Origin: an uncultured Brevundimonas sp.
Lineage (GTDB): Bacteria; Pseudomonadota; Alphaproteobacteria; Caulobacterales; Caulobacteraceae
NCBI RefSeq assembly: GCF_963975535.1
Contig: NZ_CAXBHE010000005.1
Coordinates: forward strand, 25,172-89,171
DNA length: 64,000 bases
Direction of reading: 5' to 3'
The notes below the pieces were generated by a model, which ran no database searches, was not told where the DNA came from, and was given only the letters and a program-made list of their open reading frames with translations. Numbering within the stretch: position 1 is the stretch's first letter; each line of letters starts with the position of its first letter. The position numbers were made by a program, and so were the translations under genes. Shown here in pieces: positions 21,080 to 31,580 of this stretch.

Positions 21080-21094
21080 TTAAGGGCGGCTCAA
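21080..21094 (-). promoter_or_regulatory. CtrA-like binding site upstream of shkA
   Basis: TTAA-GGGCGGC-TCAA, one mismatch from TTAA-N7-TTAA, about 35 bp upstream of the shkA ATG. Confidence 0.5.
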
Positions 21095-22683
21095 GGCGGG
21101 ACCTGCGCGATCGAGTCCGTCGCCACCCCGGATCCCGACCACGGCAGGGCGTCGCCGGTCCCCGGCCCCACCGGGGTGCGCCGGTGCACCAGGGCCTCGG
21201 CGATATGGCGGCGCACCACCCCGCTCGCCCCTTCCAGATCGGCGATGGTCCGGGCCAGCCGCAGCGTCCGCACCCAGCCCCGCGCCGTCAGACCCCCGGC
21301 CTCACCCGCCCGCATCAGCAGGGCCCGGCCCGGTGCATCGGGGGCCGCGAACCGCTCCAGGGTCTCGCCCGAGGCGCGGGCATTCAACGCCTGATCGGGG
21401 GCCAGCCCCGCCGCCCGCGCCCGCTCGGCCTGCAGGCCCCGGGCCACGGCGACCCGGGCGGCGGCCTCGGCCGTGCCCTCGGCCGGCGGCGGCAGGGCCA
21501 TGTCGGCGGCGGTGACCGGCGGCGTCTCGACCGTCAGGTCGATGCGGTCGAACACCGGGCCGGAGATCCGGTTCTGGTAGTCGCGCTGGCAGCGCGGGGC
21601 CTTGCCGCAGGCCCCGCGCCCGCCGCCGCCGATGCCGCAGCGGCACGGGTTCATCGCCGCGATCAGCTGGAACCGGGCCGGATAGCGGATATGGGCATTG
21701 GCCCGGGCCACCACGATCTCGCCGGTCTCCAGCGGGGCGCGCAGACTGTCCAGCGCCTGGGCGCTGTATTCCGGCAGTTCATCGAGGAACAGCACGCCAT
21801 TGTGGGCCAGCGAGGCCTCGCCCGGCCGCGCCTTCAGCCCGCCGCCGGTCAGGGCCGCCATACTGGCTGAGTGGTGCGGACTGCGGAACGGCCGGTCCCG
21901 GGTCAGGGCCCCGCGCTCGATCAGCCCGGCCACGGACCAGACCATCGAGGTCTCCAGCAGTTCGGCCGGGGTCAGGGGCGGCAACAGGCCCGGCAGCCGT
22001 TGCGCCAGCATCGACTTGCCCGAGCCTGGCGGGCCGACGAACAGCAGGTTGTGGCCCCCAGCGGCGGCGATCTCGAGCGAGCGTTTGGCGCTCTCCTGAC
22101 CCTTGACCTCGCGCAGGTCGGGCACGGCCCCGCCGGCCCGCACCGGTCCCGGCTCGGGCGGGCGCAGCACCTGGCTGCCCTTGAAATGGTTGATCAGCCC
22201 GATCAGCGAACGCGGGGCGAGGATGGCGACCTCCCCGGCCCAGGCGGCCTCGGGCCCGTTGGCCTCGGGGCAGATCAGGCCCAGCCCCATGGCCGAGGCC
22301 GCCACCGCCGCCGGCAGGGCCCCGCCGACCGGGGCGATCCGGCCGTCCAGCCCCAGTTCGCCGATCGCGGCCCAGCCGTCCAGCGCATCGGGCGTGATCA
22401 CCCCCAGGGCCGCCATCAGCACCAGGCCGATGGCCAGGTCGAAATGACTGCCCTCCTTGGGCAGGTCGGCCGGGGCCAGGTTGGCGATGATCCGTTTCGG
22501 CGGCAGGCCCAGGCCGATGCCGGCAAAGGCCCCGCGCACCCGCTCACGGCTCTCGGCCACCGCCTTGTCCGGCAGGCCGACGATGGTGAAACTGGGCTGG
22601 GCCGCCCCGACCAGCTGCACCTGCACATCGACCCGGCGCGCCTCGACCCCGTCGAACGCCACCGTCACCACGCGAGCGACCAT
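21091..22683 (-). CDS. comM: YifB/ComM Mg-chelatase-like AAA+ ATPase
   Basis: VGLPDKAVAESRERV, NLAPADLPKEGSHFDL, Walker A GPPGSGKS, LFLDELPE, AAMNPC. Confidence 0.95.
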   Translation of the reverse strand: MVARVVTVAFDGVEARRVDVQVQLVGAAQPSFTIVGLPDKAVAESRERVRGAFAGIGLGLPPKRIIANLAPADLPKEGSHFDLAIGLVLMAALGVITPDALDGWAAIGELGLDGRIAPVGGALPAAVAASAMGLGLICPEANGPEAAWAGEVAILAPRSLIGLINHFKGSQVLRPPEPGPVRAGGAVPDLREVKGQESAKRSLEIAAAGGHNLLFVGPPGSGKSMLAQRLPGLLPPLTPAELLETSMVWSVAGLIERGALTRDRPFRSPHHSASMAALTGGGLKARPGEASLAHNGVLFLDELPEYSAQALDSLRAPLETGEIVVARANAHIRYPARFQLIAAMNPCRCGIGGGGRGACGKAPRCQRDYQNRISGPVFDRIDLTVETPPVTAADMALPPPAEGTAEAAARVAVARGLQAERARAAGLAPDQALNARASGETLERFAAPDAPGRALLMRAGEAGGLTARGWVRTLRLARTIADLEGASGVVRRHIAEALVHRRTPVGPGTGDALPWSGSGVATDSIAQVPP

Positions 22684-22707
22684 CGCCCCCTCCCGTTATA
22701 CGGGAAA

Positions 22708-22722
22708 GAACAAATCACGAAC
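22708..22722 (-). promoter_or_regulatory. alphaproteobacterial LexA (SOS) box upstream of comM
   Basis: GAAC-AAATCAC-GAAC, i.e. GTTC-N7-GTTC on the minus strand, about 25 bp upstream of the comM start. Confidence 0.8.
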
Positions 22723-22792
22723 TGTTTTGAAGATCAAGGGATGCCGGACCGGCGATCAGCAGAATACGGAACCCCGGGGGAGCGGATCGGCG

Positions 22793-23287
22793 TCAGCCCG
22801 TCGGCGCGCCGCCTGGGTCGCTCAAGCGCATCTCAGCTCGCCTGTAGACACTCAGTTCACTGCGTTTCACCAAAGCCCCCAATAGAAAGAGTCCCAACAG
22901 GAATCCAAAATCCATCAGTATTATTGAGTTGTAGTTGGCGATATCAAATCGAGCAGTCAATAGTTTCATGACCCATGGAAGGGTTATTGCCATCAGCAAG
23001 AACAAGGTCATCGGCCACTGAACGACCCTCATCCTTGATAAAATTTGTTTCTCGGAATCCAGGAGCAACGGCTTCAGCTTTTCGACCCGTTTCCCGGTCC
23101 CAGTTCCAATCGCGGTATATACCAAGCCCACGGATACTGCGACGAGGCCATAGGCGGCAACGCGGGGTATGACTGGTGGATCATACATCTGGGAAAAATA
23201 GGCCCCCAACCCGGCAATCGCAGCCATCAGCCTGTAGGTCGCGGAACTATTCCAAACGTCCGATTTTTGAGCCAACGACTTCGACAT
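22793..23287 (-). CDS. orphan multi-pass membrane protein (low GC)
   Basis: ORF with about four hydrophobic segments; AT-rich codon usage; start placed at MSKSLAQ (alternative TTG 23383). Confidence 0.6.
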   Translation of the reverse strand: MSKSLAQKSDVWNSSATYRLMAAIAGLGAYFSQMYDPPVIPRVAAYGLVAVSVGLVYTAIGTGTGKRVEKLKPLLLDSEKQILSRMRVVQWPMTLFLLMAITLPWVMKLLTARFDIANYNSIILMDFGFLLGLFLLGALVKRSELSVYRRAEMRLSDPGGAPTG

Positions 23288-23401
23288 CTGGACCCACCCC
23301 TGTAACGCGCGAATTGAGCGATCCAACCGTACAGCCGTCGAGCGTGCTAACGCGAAGACCGCTTGACGTAGTCCCCTCAACAATCCCCGGAATCTACCGC
23401 A

Positions 23402-23713
23402 TCATTGCTCTGCATGACGCCGGATAATCTCCCGAACCTGCAAGACGTCCGTCACCGCCAACAGCACCAGGGCGCAGAAAACCGTTATCGGAATCAGCAG
23501 CGACACCCCCGAGAAGACCGGCACAACCGCAGACAGCACAAGCCCGCCCACGGACACGACTACCCTGCGCCTGTTCCAGATATCGAAATCTTCCAATACC
23601 CGGGTCATCCGGGCACCATAAAACATGGAGGCTCTCCAGATATTCTGGTCTGGGAGGAAAAAGAATACGGCGTAAATCGCAGCAACAAGGGCGAGGTATT
23701 TGAGCCAGTCCAC
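23402..23713 (-). CDS. orphan small membrane protein (low GC)
   Basis: GTG start behind GAAGGG RBS; 103 aa with about three hydrophobic segments. Confidence 0.65.
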   Translation of the reverse strand: MDWLKYLALVAAIYAVFFFLPDQNIWRASMFYGARMTRVLEDFDIWNRRRVVVSVGGLVLSAVVPVFSGVSLLIPITVFCALVLLAVTDVLQVREIIRRHAEQ

Positions 23714-23757
23714 GGATCACCCTTCAGTCCAACCCCGGCCCTGCGCCGCCGCGCTTG

Positions 23758-24702
<945 letters not shown>

Positions 24703-24824
24703 GCGGAATTCCTTTGTCGGCGTCGGGTGGAGGCGTCAGGCAGCCCGGGCGACGGACCGGTCCCTATGTGACCAGCCGCGGGCCCGGTCTCAAGGGGGCG
24801 GGGCCAACGCCGGACCGGATTCCC

Positions 24825-25676
24825 TCAATTCAGCTGCAGCCGGACCCGGTCGAGACTGGTCTGGCGCCGGACCAGGGCCGGGCCGTCCAGGTCCTCGGCC
24901 CGGGCCAAAGCCTCCATCGCCCCGGTCAGGGCCCCGCAGCGTTCGCGCGCCGCCGCCACGTCCAGCCACGGCCGGTGATCGTCCGGGTCCAGCAGGGCCC
25001 GGCGCAGGGCCGAACGCTCGGCCGCCTTGCAGTCACCGGCGGCGATGGCCCGGCTGAACTGCATGGCCTGCAGCCGGATCAGGGCCTGGCGCGCCGTCAC
25101 CGGGGCCATCAGCAGGTCCAGCCGGTCGGCGACATGCGGGGTCAGGCCGGCGCACAGGGCCCGGCGCGTCAGCTCCGACGGCAGCACCAGCTGGCCCTGG
25201 CTGAACGGGTCCAGCGCCACCGGCCCGTCGGCCGTCTCGACGCGGATCAGGAAATGGCCGGGAAAGTCGACCCCCGTGGCCGGTATGCCCGCCTGCCGGG
25301 CCGCGTCCAGATAGAAGACCGCCAGGGCCACCGACAGGCCACGCCGCCGCTCGGCCACGGCGATGATGTCGGTATTGGCCGGGTCGCCGCCGTGGATCAG
25401 ATCCCCGGTCAGCCGCAGCTCCGCCGACAGGGTCTCGGTCAGGGCGTCCTCGACCGGCTCCCCGCCGATCCGCTCCAGCAGCCGCTCGGCCGCCTGCCGC
25501 GCCAGCAGCCGCACCGGCTCGGCCTCGCGCATCGGATCGTCATGCAGGGCACAGGCGATCGCCGCCTCGAGCAACGGAAAATCGTCGTCGTCAGCCAGTC
25601 CGGCCGCCGTCAAGGTCGTGGTCGCGTCCTGATGGATCACGGAAATCGGGCCCCCCGGTCTCGATATCCTTAACAT
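24825..25676 (-). CDS. SirB1 / transglutaminase-like TPR protein
   Basis: RRRGLSVAL, GVDFPGHFL, LDPF, C-terminal TPR-like helices; start uncertain. Confidence 0.85.
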   Translation of the reverse strand: MLRISRPGGPISVIHQDATTTLTAAGLADDDDFPLLEAAIACALHDDPMREAEPVRLLARQAAERLLERIGGEPVEDALTETLSAELRLTGDLIHGGDPANTDIIAVAERRRGLSVALAVFYLDAARQAGIPATGVDFPGHFLIRVETADGPVALDPFSQGQLVLPSELTRRALCAGLTPHVADRLDLLMAPVTARQALIRLQAMQFSRAIAAGDCKAAERSALRRALLDPDDHRPWLDVAAARERCGALTGAMEALARAEDLDGPALVRRQTSLDRVRLQLN

Positions 25677-26061
25677 GACGCGGAAAGCGTCCGGGGGCCA
25701 GCGCCACCATATCCAGCCGCAGGGTCAGGCCCGCCAGAGCGGGCCGTCCGCGCGCCACCGCCCGGGCCGAGGCGCGCAGCCGCGCCAGCTGCTGCGGGCC
25801 CAGGGCGGTCAGGGCCGCCGCCAGCGTCGCCCGGCGTTTGACCTCGACCACCGCCAGGATCTTTCCCCGTCGGGCGAGAATATCGATCTCCCCGGCCCGG
25901 CTCTTCAGGCGAAAGCCCAGGATCTGGTAGCCGCGGCCCATCAGCCACAGGGCGGCCAGCCATTCCCCGGCATGGCCGCTGCGGTGCGCCGCCTGCCCCG
26001 ACGCCCGCCGCCGGCCCGACACGGGCCGCACCGGCGCCGGACCGGGGCGCAGCCGTTTCAT
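25591..26061 (-). CDS. yraN: YraN family (UPF0102) putative endonuclease
   Basis: G..GE..A..WL...GY.IL, GEIDILARRG, VVEVKRR, LRLDMV; overlaps the rsmI stop. Confidence 0.88.
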   Translation of the reverse strand: MKRLRPGPAPVRPVSGRRRASGQAAHRSGHAGEWLAALWLMGRGYQILGFRLKSRAGEIDILARRGKILAVVEVKRRATLAAALTALGPQQLARLRASARAVARGRPALAGLTLRLDMVALAPGRFPRHVKDIETGGPDFRDPSGRDHDLDGGRTG

Positions 26062-26945
26062 CCCCGCCCCTGCAGCTCCAGCGCCCGCTTGTAGAGCGGC
26101 TTGCGCGGCAGGTTCAGCGCCTTCGACACCTCGGCCGCCGCCTCGCCCGGGGCCAGCCGGGTCAGGGCCTCGGCCAGGGCCGCGTCGGCATCGGCCGCGC
26201 TGGCCACCTCCATCTCGCCGGGGCCGACGACCACGACGATCTCGCCCTTCGGCCCCTGGCAGCGCGGATCGACGGCCAGTTCGGCCAGGGTGCCGCGCAC
26301 ACATTCCTCGTACAGTTTGGTCAGCTCGCGGGCCACGGCGGCGGGCCGGGGTCCGAGCACCTCGGCCATATCGGCCAGGCTGTCGGCCAGCCGCGGCCCG
26401 CTCTCAAAGAAGACCAGCGTCTGGCGCGCGGTGCGCAATTCTTCCAGCATCGCCCTGCGCGCCCCGGATTTGGGCGGCAGAAAACCGGCGAACAGCACCC
26501 GGTCCGACGGCAGTCCGGCGATGCACAGGGCCGCCAGCAGGCTGGACGCCCCGGGGATCGGATGCACCGGCAGGCCCGCCGCGATCACCGCCCGGGCCAC
26601 GACGAAGCCGGGATCATTGACCATCGGCGTGCCTGCGTCCGAGACCAGGGCCACCACCTCGCCCGCCCGCAGCCGTTCGATCGCCCCCTCGGCCGCCCGG
26701 GCCGAGGCATGGTCGTCGCACCGTTCCAGCTTCGCCTTGATCCCATAGGCCGACAGCAGCTTGCCGGTGACCCTTGTGTCCTCGGCCAGCACCAGATCCG
26801 CCGCCGCGAGCACATCCAGCGCCCGCAGCGTCATGTCGCGCAGGTTTCCGATTGGCGTCGCCACCAGATACAGGCCGGACGCGACGGGGCGCGGCGGCGG
26901 GGCGGTCGGCGGGAACGGCGCGGGATCGTGTTGGGAGTCTGGCAT
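26058..26945 (-). CDS. rsmI: 16S rRNA C1402 2'-O-methyltransferase
   Basis: LYLVATPIGNLRDMT, AEDTR, SDAGTP..NDPG, ARELTKLYEE, KGEIV. Confidence 0.95.
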   Translation of the reverse strand: MPDSQHDPAPFPPTAPPPRPVASGLYLVATPIGNLRDMTLRALDVLAAADLVLAEDTRVTGKLLSAYGIKAKLERCDDHASARAAEGAIERLRAGEVVALVSDAGTPMVNDPGFVVARAVIAAGLPVHPIPGASSLLAALCIAGLPSDRVLFAGFLPPKSGARRAMLEELRTARQTLVFFESGPRLADSLADMAEVLGPRPAAVARELTKLYEECVRGTLAELAVDPRCQGPKGEIVVVVGPGEMEVASAADADAALAEALTRLAPGEAAAEVSKALNLPRKPLYKRALELQGRG

Positions 26946-27010
26946 CGCCGGGACCGTGCCAGCGGGGCGCGGGCGGCTCAAGGGCGGAGAGGCAAAGGGC
27001 ACATATTGCT

Positions 27011-27031
27011 CCCTCTCCCGCCGGGAGAGGG
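27011..27031. repeat. single-arm remnant of a CIR-like palindrome
   Basis: CCCTCTCCC-GCC-GGGAGAGGG hairpin in the rsmI/PLD intergenic region. Confidence 0.5.
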
Positions 27032-27104
27032 TTGCCGCGCCTGCTCCTCGACCGCCGCGCCAAACGGGCGGATTATGAGCCGAGCGGGCACCAACGCCGC
27101 ATCA

Positions 27105-28658
27105 CTAGACCGATTTCCTGCTCAGCCGGCGCGGCGGGGTCGGCAGGCCGGCGCGCGCCACCCTGCGGGCCGCCGCCGCGAGGCTGGCTTTCAGCCGGGC
27201 CCGCCGTGTCCACGGCCGCCATGAGTCCTGCGGCGAGATCGGGTCACCCAGGTGGAAGGTGGCGATGAAGGTGGCCATCGGACCGAGCCCCTCCGGCTCC
27301 AGCGGCCGCAGACGGCAGTAGCCCGCCAGACGCAGCGCCTCGAGGGCCCGGCCGACCCGACCCGCCCTGTCGATCGCCGTCCGGACGATATCGGCCTCGC
27401 AGCCGAACCAGTGGGCCAGGATGCCGGTGCGGATATCGGTGATCCTGGCGCGCGTCGCGGTGCCACCGGCCCCGCGCGCGGCCTCGATCGACAGGTCACA
27501 CTCGGTGTCGAAGCCGAACGAGCGGTTGTTCATGTTGCTGGACCCGACGCGCAGCAGCACATCGTCGATGATCGCCAGCTTGGCGTGGACGATGATGGTG
27601 CGACCCAGATTGGTGACCGGGCTGTAGGCATGGAGGCGGCCGTGTTTGTCGGCCTCCTTCAGGCGCTTGAGAAACATCGACCGGGTCCGGTCCATGGTCA
27701 TCTGGTCGAAATAGCTGGGCGAATGCTGGGTCGAGACGATGACCACCTCGGGCCCGCGCGGCTCGGCGAGGCGCGCGGCCAGGGCCTCGGCCATGATCGG
27801 TGAGGTGAAATACTGGTTCTCCAGATAGATGCAGCGCTTGGCGGCGGCGAAGGCCGCCAGATACAGCGCCTCGCTCTCGCGCACCTGTCCCACCTGTCGC
27901 CAGGCCGCGACACTGCGCGACAGGCCGACGGAGACCCGGCGGAAATCAGGCTTGACCCGGGTCGGCCAGGCGGACGGTGCCATGGCCTCGGGCTCCGGCA
28001 AAGCTTCCCTGGTGGCGCGCTGCCAGCGGTCGCGAAACAGCTGACCCAGCGCCCGGGCCGGCGCGCCGTCGACCAGGGTCATCACCTCGTGGCGCGAGTC
28101 GAAGCATTGATGATCGCGGGGCGTTTTCTCGCGCCGGGGATCGTCGTCGCGGTGTTCCGCCGTGTCCCAGCGATCGGGTCCGATATCGCCGCCGCCGCAG
28201 AAGGCCACGGCGTCGTCGACGATCAGCACCTTCTGATGGTGCGAGGCCCCGATCGGCAGCGCCCCGTCCAGCACGAATTGGACCGGCGTGCCGGCAAAGC
28301 ATTTGCGCGCCTTCAGCGGAAAGAAGTCCTGGGTCGCCGCGACCGGCAGGGCCGACTTCCAGCACAGCACCCGCACATCCAGCTCCGGGCGACTGCAGGC
28401 CAGGGCCTTGAGGAAGGCGGCGAACCGGTCGGAGTCGGGCCCGGTGCAATTGGGCTGGGGGTCGAACAGGGTGTCCGGGTCAAAGGCCCAGTTCAGCAGG
28501 TGGATCGAACGTCTGGCCCGGGTCATCGCCTCGCGGGCGGCGAGAAAATAGTCGGCCATGTCGAGCAGGAAGGCGGCGCGCGGCGCTGTGCCGACCTGCC
28601 AGCAGGTGGTCCCCTCTTTCAGCAGCATCACCCAGGTCTCCGGAAGGGTCGCGGTCAT
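27105..28658 (-). CDS. phospholipase D-like domain protein
   Basis: Two HKD motifs: HHQKVLIVDD and VHAKLAIIDD, followed by GSSNMN. Confidence 0.92.
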   Translation of the reverse strand: MTATLPETWVMLLKEGTTCWQVGTAPRAAFLLDMADYFLAAREAMTRARRSIHLLNWAFDPDTLFDPQPNCTGPDSDRFAAFLKALACSRPELDVRVLCWKSALPVAATQDFFPLKARKCFAGTPVQFVLDGALPIGASHHQKVLIVDDAVAFCGGGDIGPDRWDTAEHRDDDPRREKTPRDHQCFDSRHEVMTLVDGAPARALGQLFRDRWQRATREALPEPEAMAPSAWPTRVKPDFRRVSVGLSRSVAAWRQVGQVRESEALYLAAFAAAKRCIYLENQYFTSPIMAEALAARLAEPRGPEVVIVSTQHSPSYFDQMTMDRTRSMFLKRLKEADKHGRLHAYSPVTNLGRTIIVHAKLAIIDDVLLRVGSSNMNNRSFGFDTECDLSIEAARGAGGTATRARITDIRTGILAHWFGCEADIVRTAIDRAGRVGRALEALRLAGYCRLRPLEPEGLGPMATFIATFHLGDPISPQDSWRPWTRRARLKASLAAAARRVARAGLPTPPRRLSRKSV

Positions 28659-28870
28659 CGCCGTCGGCGGATGGCGGCGCGCGTCGCGCCGGCTGACCTT
28701 GAAGCCCCGGGGAGGCCGTCGGGTTCCGGCGCGGTCCCCGGGGCCCCGGTCGCGACCACTGTCGAGCGGCCTGACGCCGGCGCGTCAGCCCCGTCCGACC
28801 GGACCGGTTGGGCCGGAAGGGCCGGCGAGTGCTATAAGGGGAAGGCAACCGCTGCGAGTGAGGGCCCGAG

Positions 28871-29365
28871 ATGACCGAGACGCCGCCGCTACTCCACCGT
28901 CGCGCCGAGGCGGCCGTGGTGGACCTGCTGAACCGCGAACGGGTGATGACCATCGCCGTCATCCGTGACGACGGCTGGCCGCAGGCGACGACGGTCGGCT
29001 ACTATAATGAGGGTCTCGACCTCTATTTCTCCATCGCCCGGTCCAGCCAGAAATTCGTCAATCTGCAGGCCGATTCCCGCGCCTCGATCGCGATCCGCTC
29101 GCGCAGCGGGGGCGGCAGCACAGGCCTGTCCATGGCCGGCCATGTTGTCGAGATCACCGACCCCGAGGCGGCGGAAAGCCTCAATCAGCGCCTGCTGGCG
29201 CGCTATCCCGAGGCGCATGTCTATTCGCCGTCCGGGGCCGCCGTGGCCCTGCTGCGCTTCAGACCCGTCATCGTCTCGGCGGTCGGGGTCGCGCACGACC
29301 GCAGCGATCCGCAGACCTTCAGGGTGGCGGATCGCGACGGCGAGACGGCACCGGCCGGGGGTTGA
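28871..29365 (+). CDS. pyridoxamine 5'-phosphate oxidase family (FMN-binding split barrel) protein
   Basis: MTIAVIRDDGWPQATTV, SQKFVNL..DSRASI pattern. Confidence 0.8.
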   Translation: MTETPPLLHRRAEAAVVDLLNRERVMTIAVIRDDGWPQATTVGYYNEGLDLYFSIARSSQKFVNLQADSRASIAIRSRSGGGSTGLSMAGHVVEITDPEAAESLNQRLLARYPEAHVYSPSGAAVALLRFRPVIVSAVGVAHDRSDPQTFRVADRDGETAPAGG

Positions 29366-29377
29366 GGCACGACGGCG

Positions 29378-30550
29378 TCACACCAGCAGCGCCCGCAGCA
29401 CACCGTCCAGCACCGGTCGGCCGGTGGCCGTCGCCCTGACCCGTCCTGCCTCCACCGTCAGGAACCCGTCGCGGATCAACCCGGCCAGCGGCTCCGTCGT
29501 CCCGGTGCGGTCCAGCGTCGCGAGATCGTCCAGCGCCGCCCCCTCGACCGTGCGCAGCCCCAGCAGCACCCGTTCCTCGGCGGCCGCCCGCGGGTCCAGG
29601 GTCTCGTGCTCGCGCCACGGCCTGCCCGCAGCGACGCCGGCGACATAGTCGGTGACGCCGCGATGGGCGACGGTGGCGGTGCGCGCCCCGTCCAGCGTCA
29701 GTCGTCCGTGCGCCCCGGGACCGAGGCCCAGATAGTCGCCGCCGCGCCAGACGTGCAGATTATGGGCCGAGCGGGCCGCGACGCCGCGCCCGTGGTTGGA
29801 CACCTCATAGGCGTCGAAGCCCGCGCCCTCGAGCACCGTCTGGGTGGTCTCGTACAGGGCGGCGGCCGTGTCCTCGTCCGGCGGGGTCCAGGCTCCGCGC
29901 GCCACGGCCCGGCCGAAGGCGGTCGTCGGCTCGATGGTCAGCTGATAGGGCGAGACATGCTCGAACCCCATGGCCAGGGCCTCGGTCAGCTCGGCCGTCC
30001 AGCCGGCGACCGTCTGGTCCGGTCGGGCGTAGATCAGGTCGATCGACAGCCGGTCGAAGGCCCGGGCGGCCACGGCCACGGCGCGGCGCGCCTCATCGGC
30101 CGAATGGTTGCGGCCGAGGAAGGCCAGGGCCGCGTCGTCCAGCGCCTGCACCCCCATCGACAACCGGTTGACCCCGGCCTCGGCCAGGGCCCTGAACCGC
30201 CCGGCCTCGGCGTCGGTCGGATTGGCCTCGAGCGTGATCTCGATCACACCGGACGGCGGGAACAGGGTCTTCGCCCGCGCGATCACCGCCGCCACCGCCG
30301 CCGGATCCATCAGCGACGGCGTGCCGCCGCCGAAGAAGATCGAGGCCAGCCGCCGCGGCCCGGTCAGGACGGCCTGCGCCGCCATATCGGCAAGGATCGC
30401 CTCGACCAGCCCGGCCTGTTCCGCGACCCGGCCCCGGTCGCGCACGACGTTGAAGTCGCAATAGGGGCAGATGCGCGCGCAATAGGGCCAGTGCACATAG
30501 AGGGCGAGGTTATCCCCCAAATTGTCCACAGGCCCGCTAGTCCGCGTCAA
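29378..30550 (-). CDS. hemW: radical SAM heme chaperone HemW
   Basis: [17 protein letters not shown] (CX3CX2C), [28 protein letters not shown]. Confidence 0.95.
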   Translation of the reverse strand: MTRTSGPVDNLGDNLALYVHWPYCARICPYCDFNVVRDRGRVAEQAGLVEAILADMAAQAVLTGPRRLASIFFGGGTPSLMDPAAVAAVIARAKTLFPPSGVIEITLEANPTDAEAGRFRALAEAGVNRLSMGVQALDDAALAFLGRNHSADEARRAVAVAARAFDRLSIDLIYARPDQTVAGWTAELTEALAMGFEHVSPYQLTIEPTTAFGRAVARGAWTPPDEDTAAALYETTQTVLEGAGFDAYEVSNHGRGVAARSAHNLHVWRGGDYLGLGPGAHGRLTLDGARTATVAHRGVTDYVAGVAAGRPWREHETLDPRAAAEERVLLGLRTVEGAALDDLATLDRTGTTEPLAGLIRDGFLTVEAGRVRATATGRPVLDGVLRALLV

Positions 30551-31145
30551 TCAGGGCCGCCTTCAGCAGCGCGAAGGCCCGGGCCCGGTGGCTCATCGCG
30601 TCCTTGGCCGCGGGTTCCATCTCGCCAAAGGTCTGGTCGTGGCCGTCGGGTATGAAGATCGGATCATAGCCGAAGCCCCGGTCACCGCGCGGCGGGAAGG
30701 TCAGCTGGCCGTCGACCCGGCCCTCGACCACGACACAGGGGCCGTTCGGCCAGGCCACGGCCAGGGCCGAGGTGAACCAGGCGCTGCGATCCCGGGACCC
30801 GGCCTCCTCCAGCCGTTCCTCGACCTTGGCCATGGCCTGGCTGAAATCCTTGTCCGGACCGGCCCAGCGCGCCGAGAAGATCCCCGGGGCCCCGTCCAGC
30901 GCCGCCACCGACAGGCCGGAGTCGTCCGCCAGGCTGACCTGACCCGTAAAGGCCGCCGCATGGCGGGCCTTCAGCATGGCATTGCCGGCAAAACTGCTCT
31001 CGGTCTCGTCCGGTTCGGGCACATTCAGCGCCGCCGCCGTGACGATCTCGTAATTTCCGTCCAGCAACGCCGCGATCTCCCGCGCCTTGCCGGGGTTATG
31101 CGTGGCCGCGACCAACCGCATTCCCTTGATTAATTTCAGATTCAT
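30537..31145 (-). CDS. rdgB: dITP/XTP pyrophosphatase
   Basis: [30 protein letters not shown]. Confidence 0.96.
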   Translation of the reverse strand: MNLKLIKGMRLVAATHNPGKAREIAALLDGNYEIVTAAALNVPEPDETESSFAGNAMLKARHAAAFTGQVSLADDSGLSVAALDGAPGIFSARWAGPDKDFSQAMAKVEERLEEAGSRDRSAWFTSALAVAWPNGPCVVVEGRVDGQLTFPPRGDRGFGYDPIFIPDGHDQTFGEMEPAAKDAMSHRARAFALLKAALIDAD

Positions 31146-31184
31146 TCTGATCACGCCCTCGCAACAAATCCTTGCCAAAGTTTA

Positions 31185-31201
31185 ATATCGTTAAACGATA
31201 T
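31185..31201. promoter_or_regulatory. 17-bp palindromic operator
   Basis: ATATCGTT-A-AACGATAT, a perfect inverted repeat in an AT-rich intergenic region. Confidence 0.7.
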
Positions 31202-31353
31202 GTAACATGACTTCCCGGCACGCACGGCCTATCTATGATCCTCAAGAACGGCAGCCGCACCGTTCCCCTGATTGCCAACAAGAGCAACAGACTTGCAGCG
31301 GTTAACTGGATCGGGGGCAAAAACGACCCCCACCAAATAGATGGAGAAAGACG

Positions 31354-31470
31354 ATGGATACCATGAGCGCCTCTTTGTGGATGGAAAAGGTCGGCCACGC
31401 GATCGTCAATGCCGCCCTGCTGGCCGCCCTGCCGACCGCCCTGGTCGCGTGCCTGGTCCAGGCATTTTGA
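31354..31470 (+). CDS. 38-aa single-TM small protein (below the ORF-track cutoff)
   Basis: GGAGAAAG RBS just upstream of ATG; MDTMSASLWMEKVGHAIVNAALLAALPTALVACLVQAF*; host-like codons (GCC CTG CTG GCC GCC CTG CCG ACC). Confidence 0.75.
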   Translation: MDTMSASLWMEKVGHAIVNAALLAALPTALVACLVQAF

Positions 31471-31580
31471 TCGTCGCCGCTTTGACGCCGTCGCCAAAGC
31501 CCGCGAAGACTATACCGCGTGAGGGTCGGTCGGACCCCACGCGGTAATCGCGCCCCGCCACCCGACCCGAGGTCTACCGC

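Noticed and set aside
25591-25676. Overlap between the yraN 3' end and the sirB1 5' end as dual coding
   Set aside because: Short, and probably reflects an uncertain sirB1 start codon
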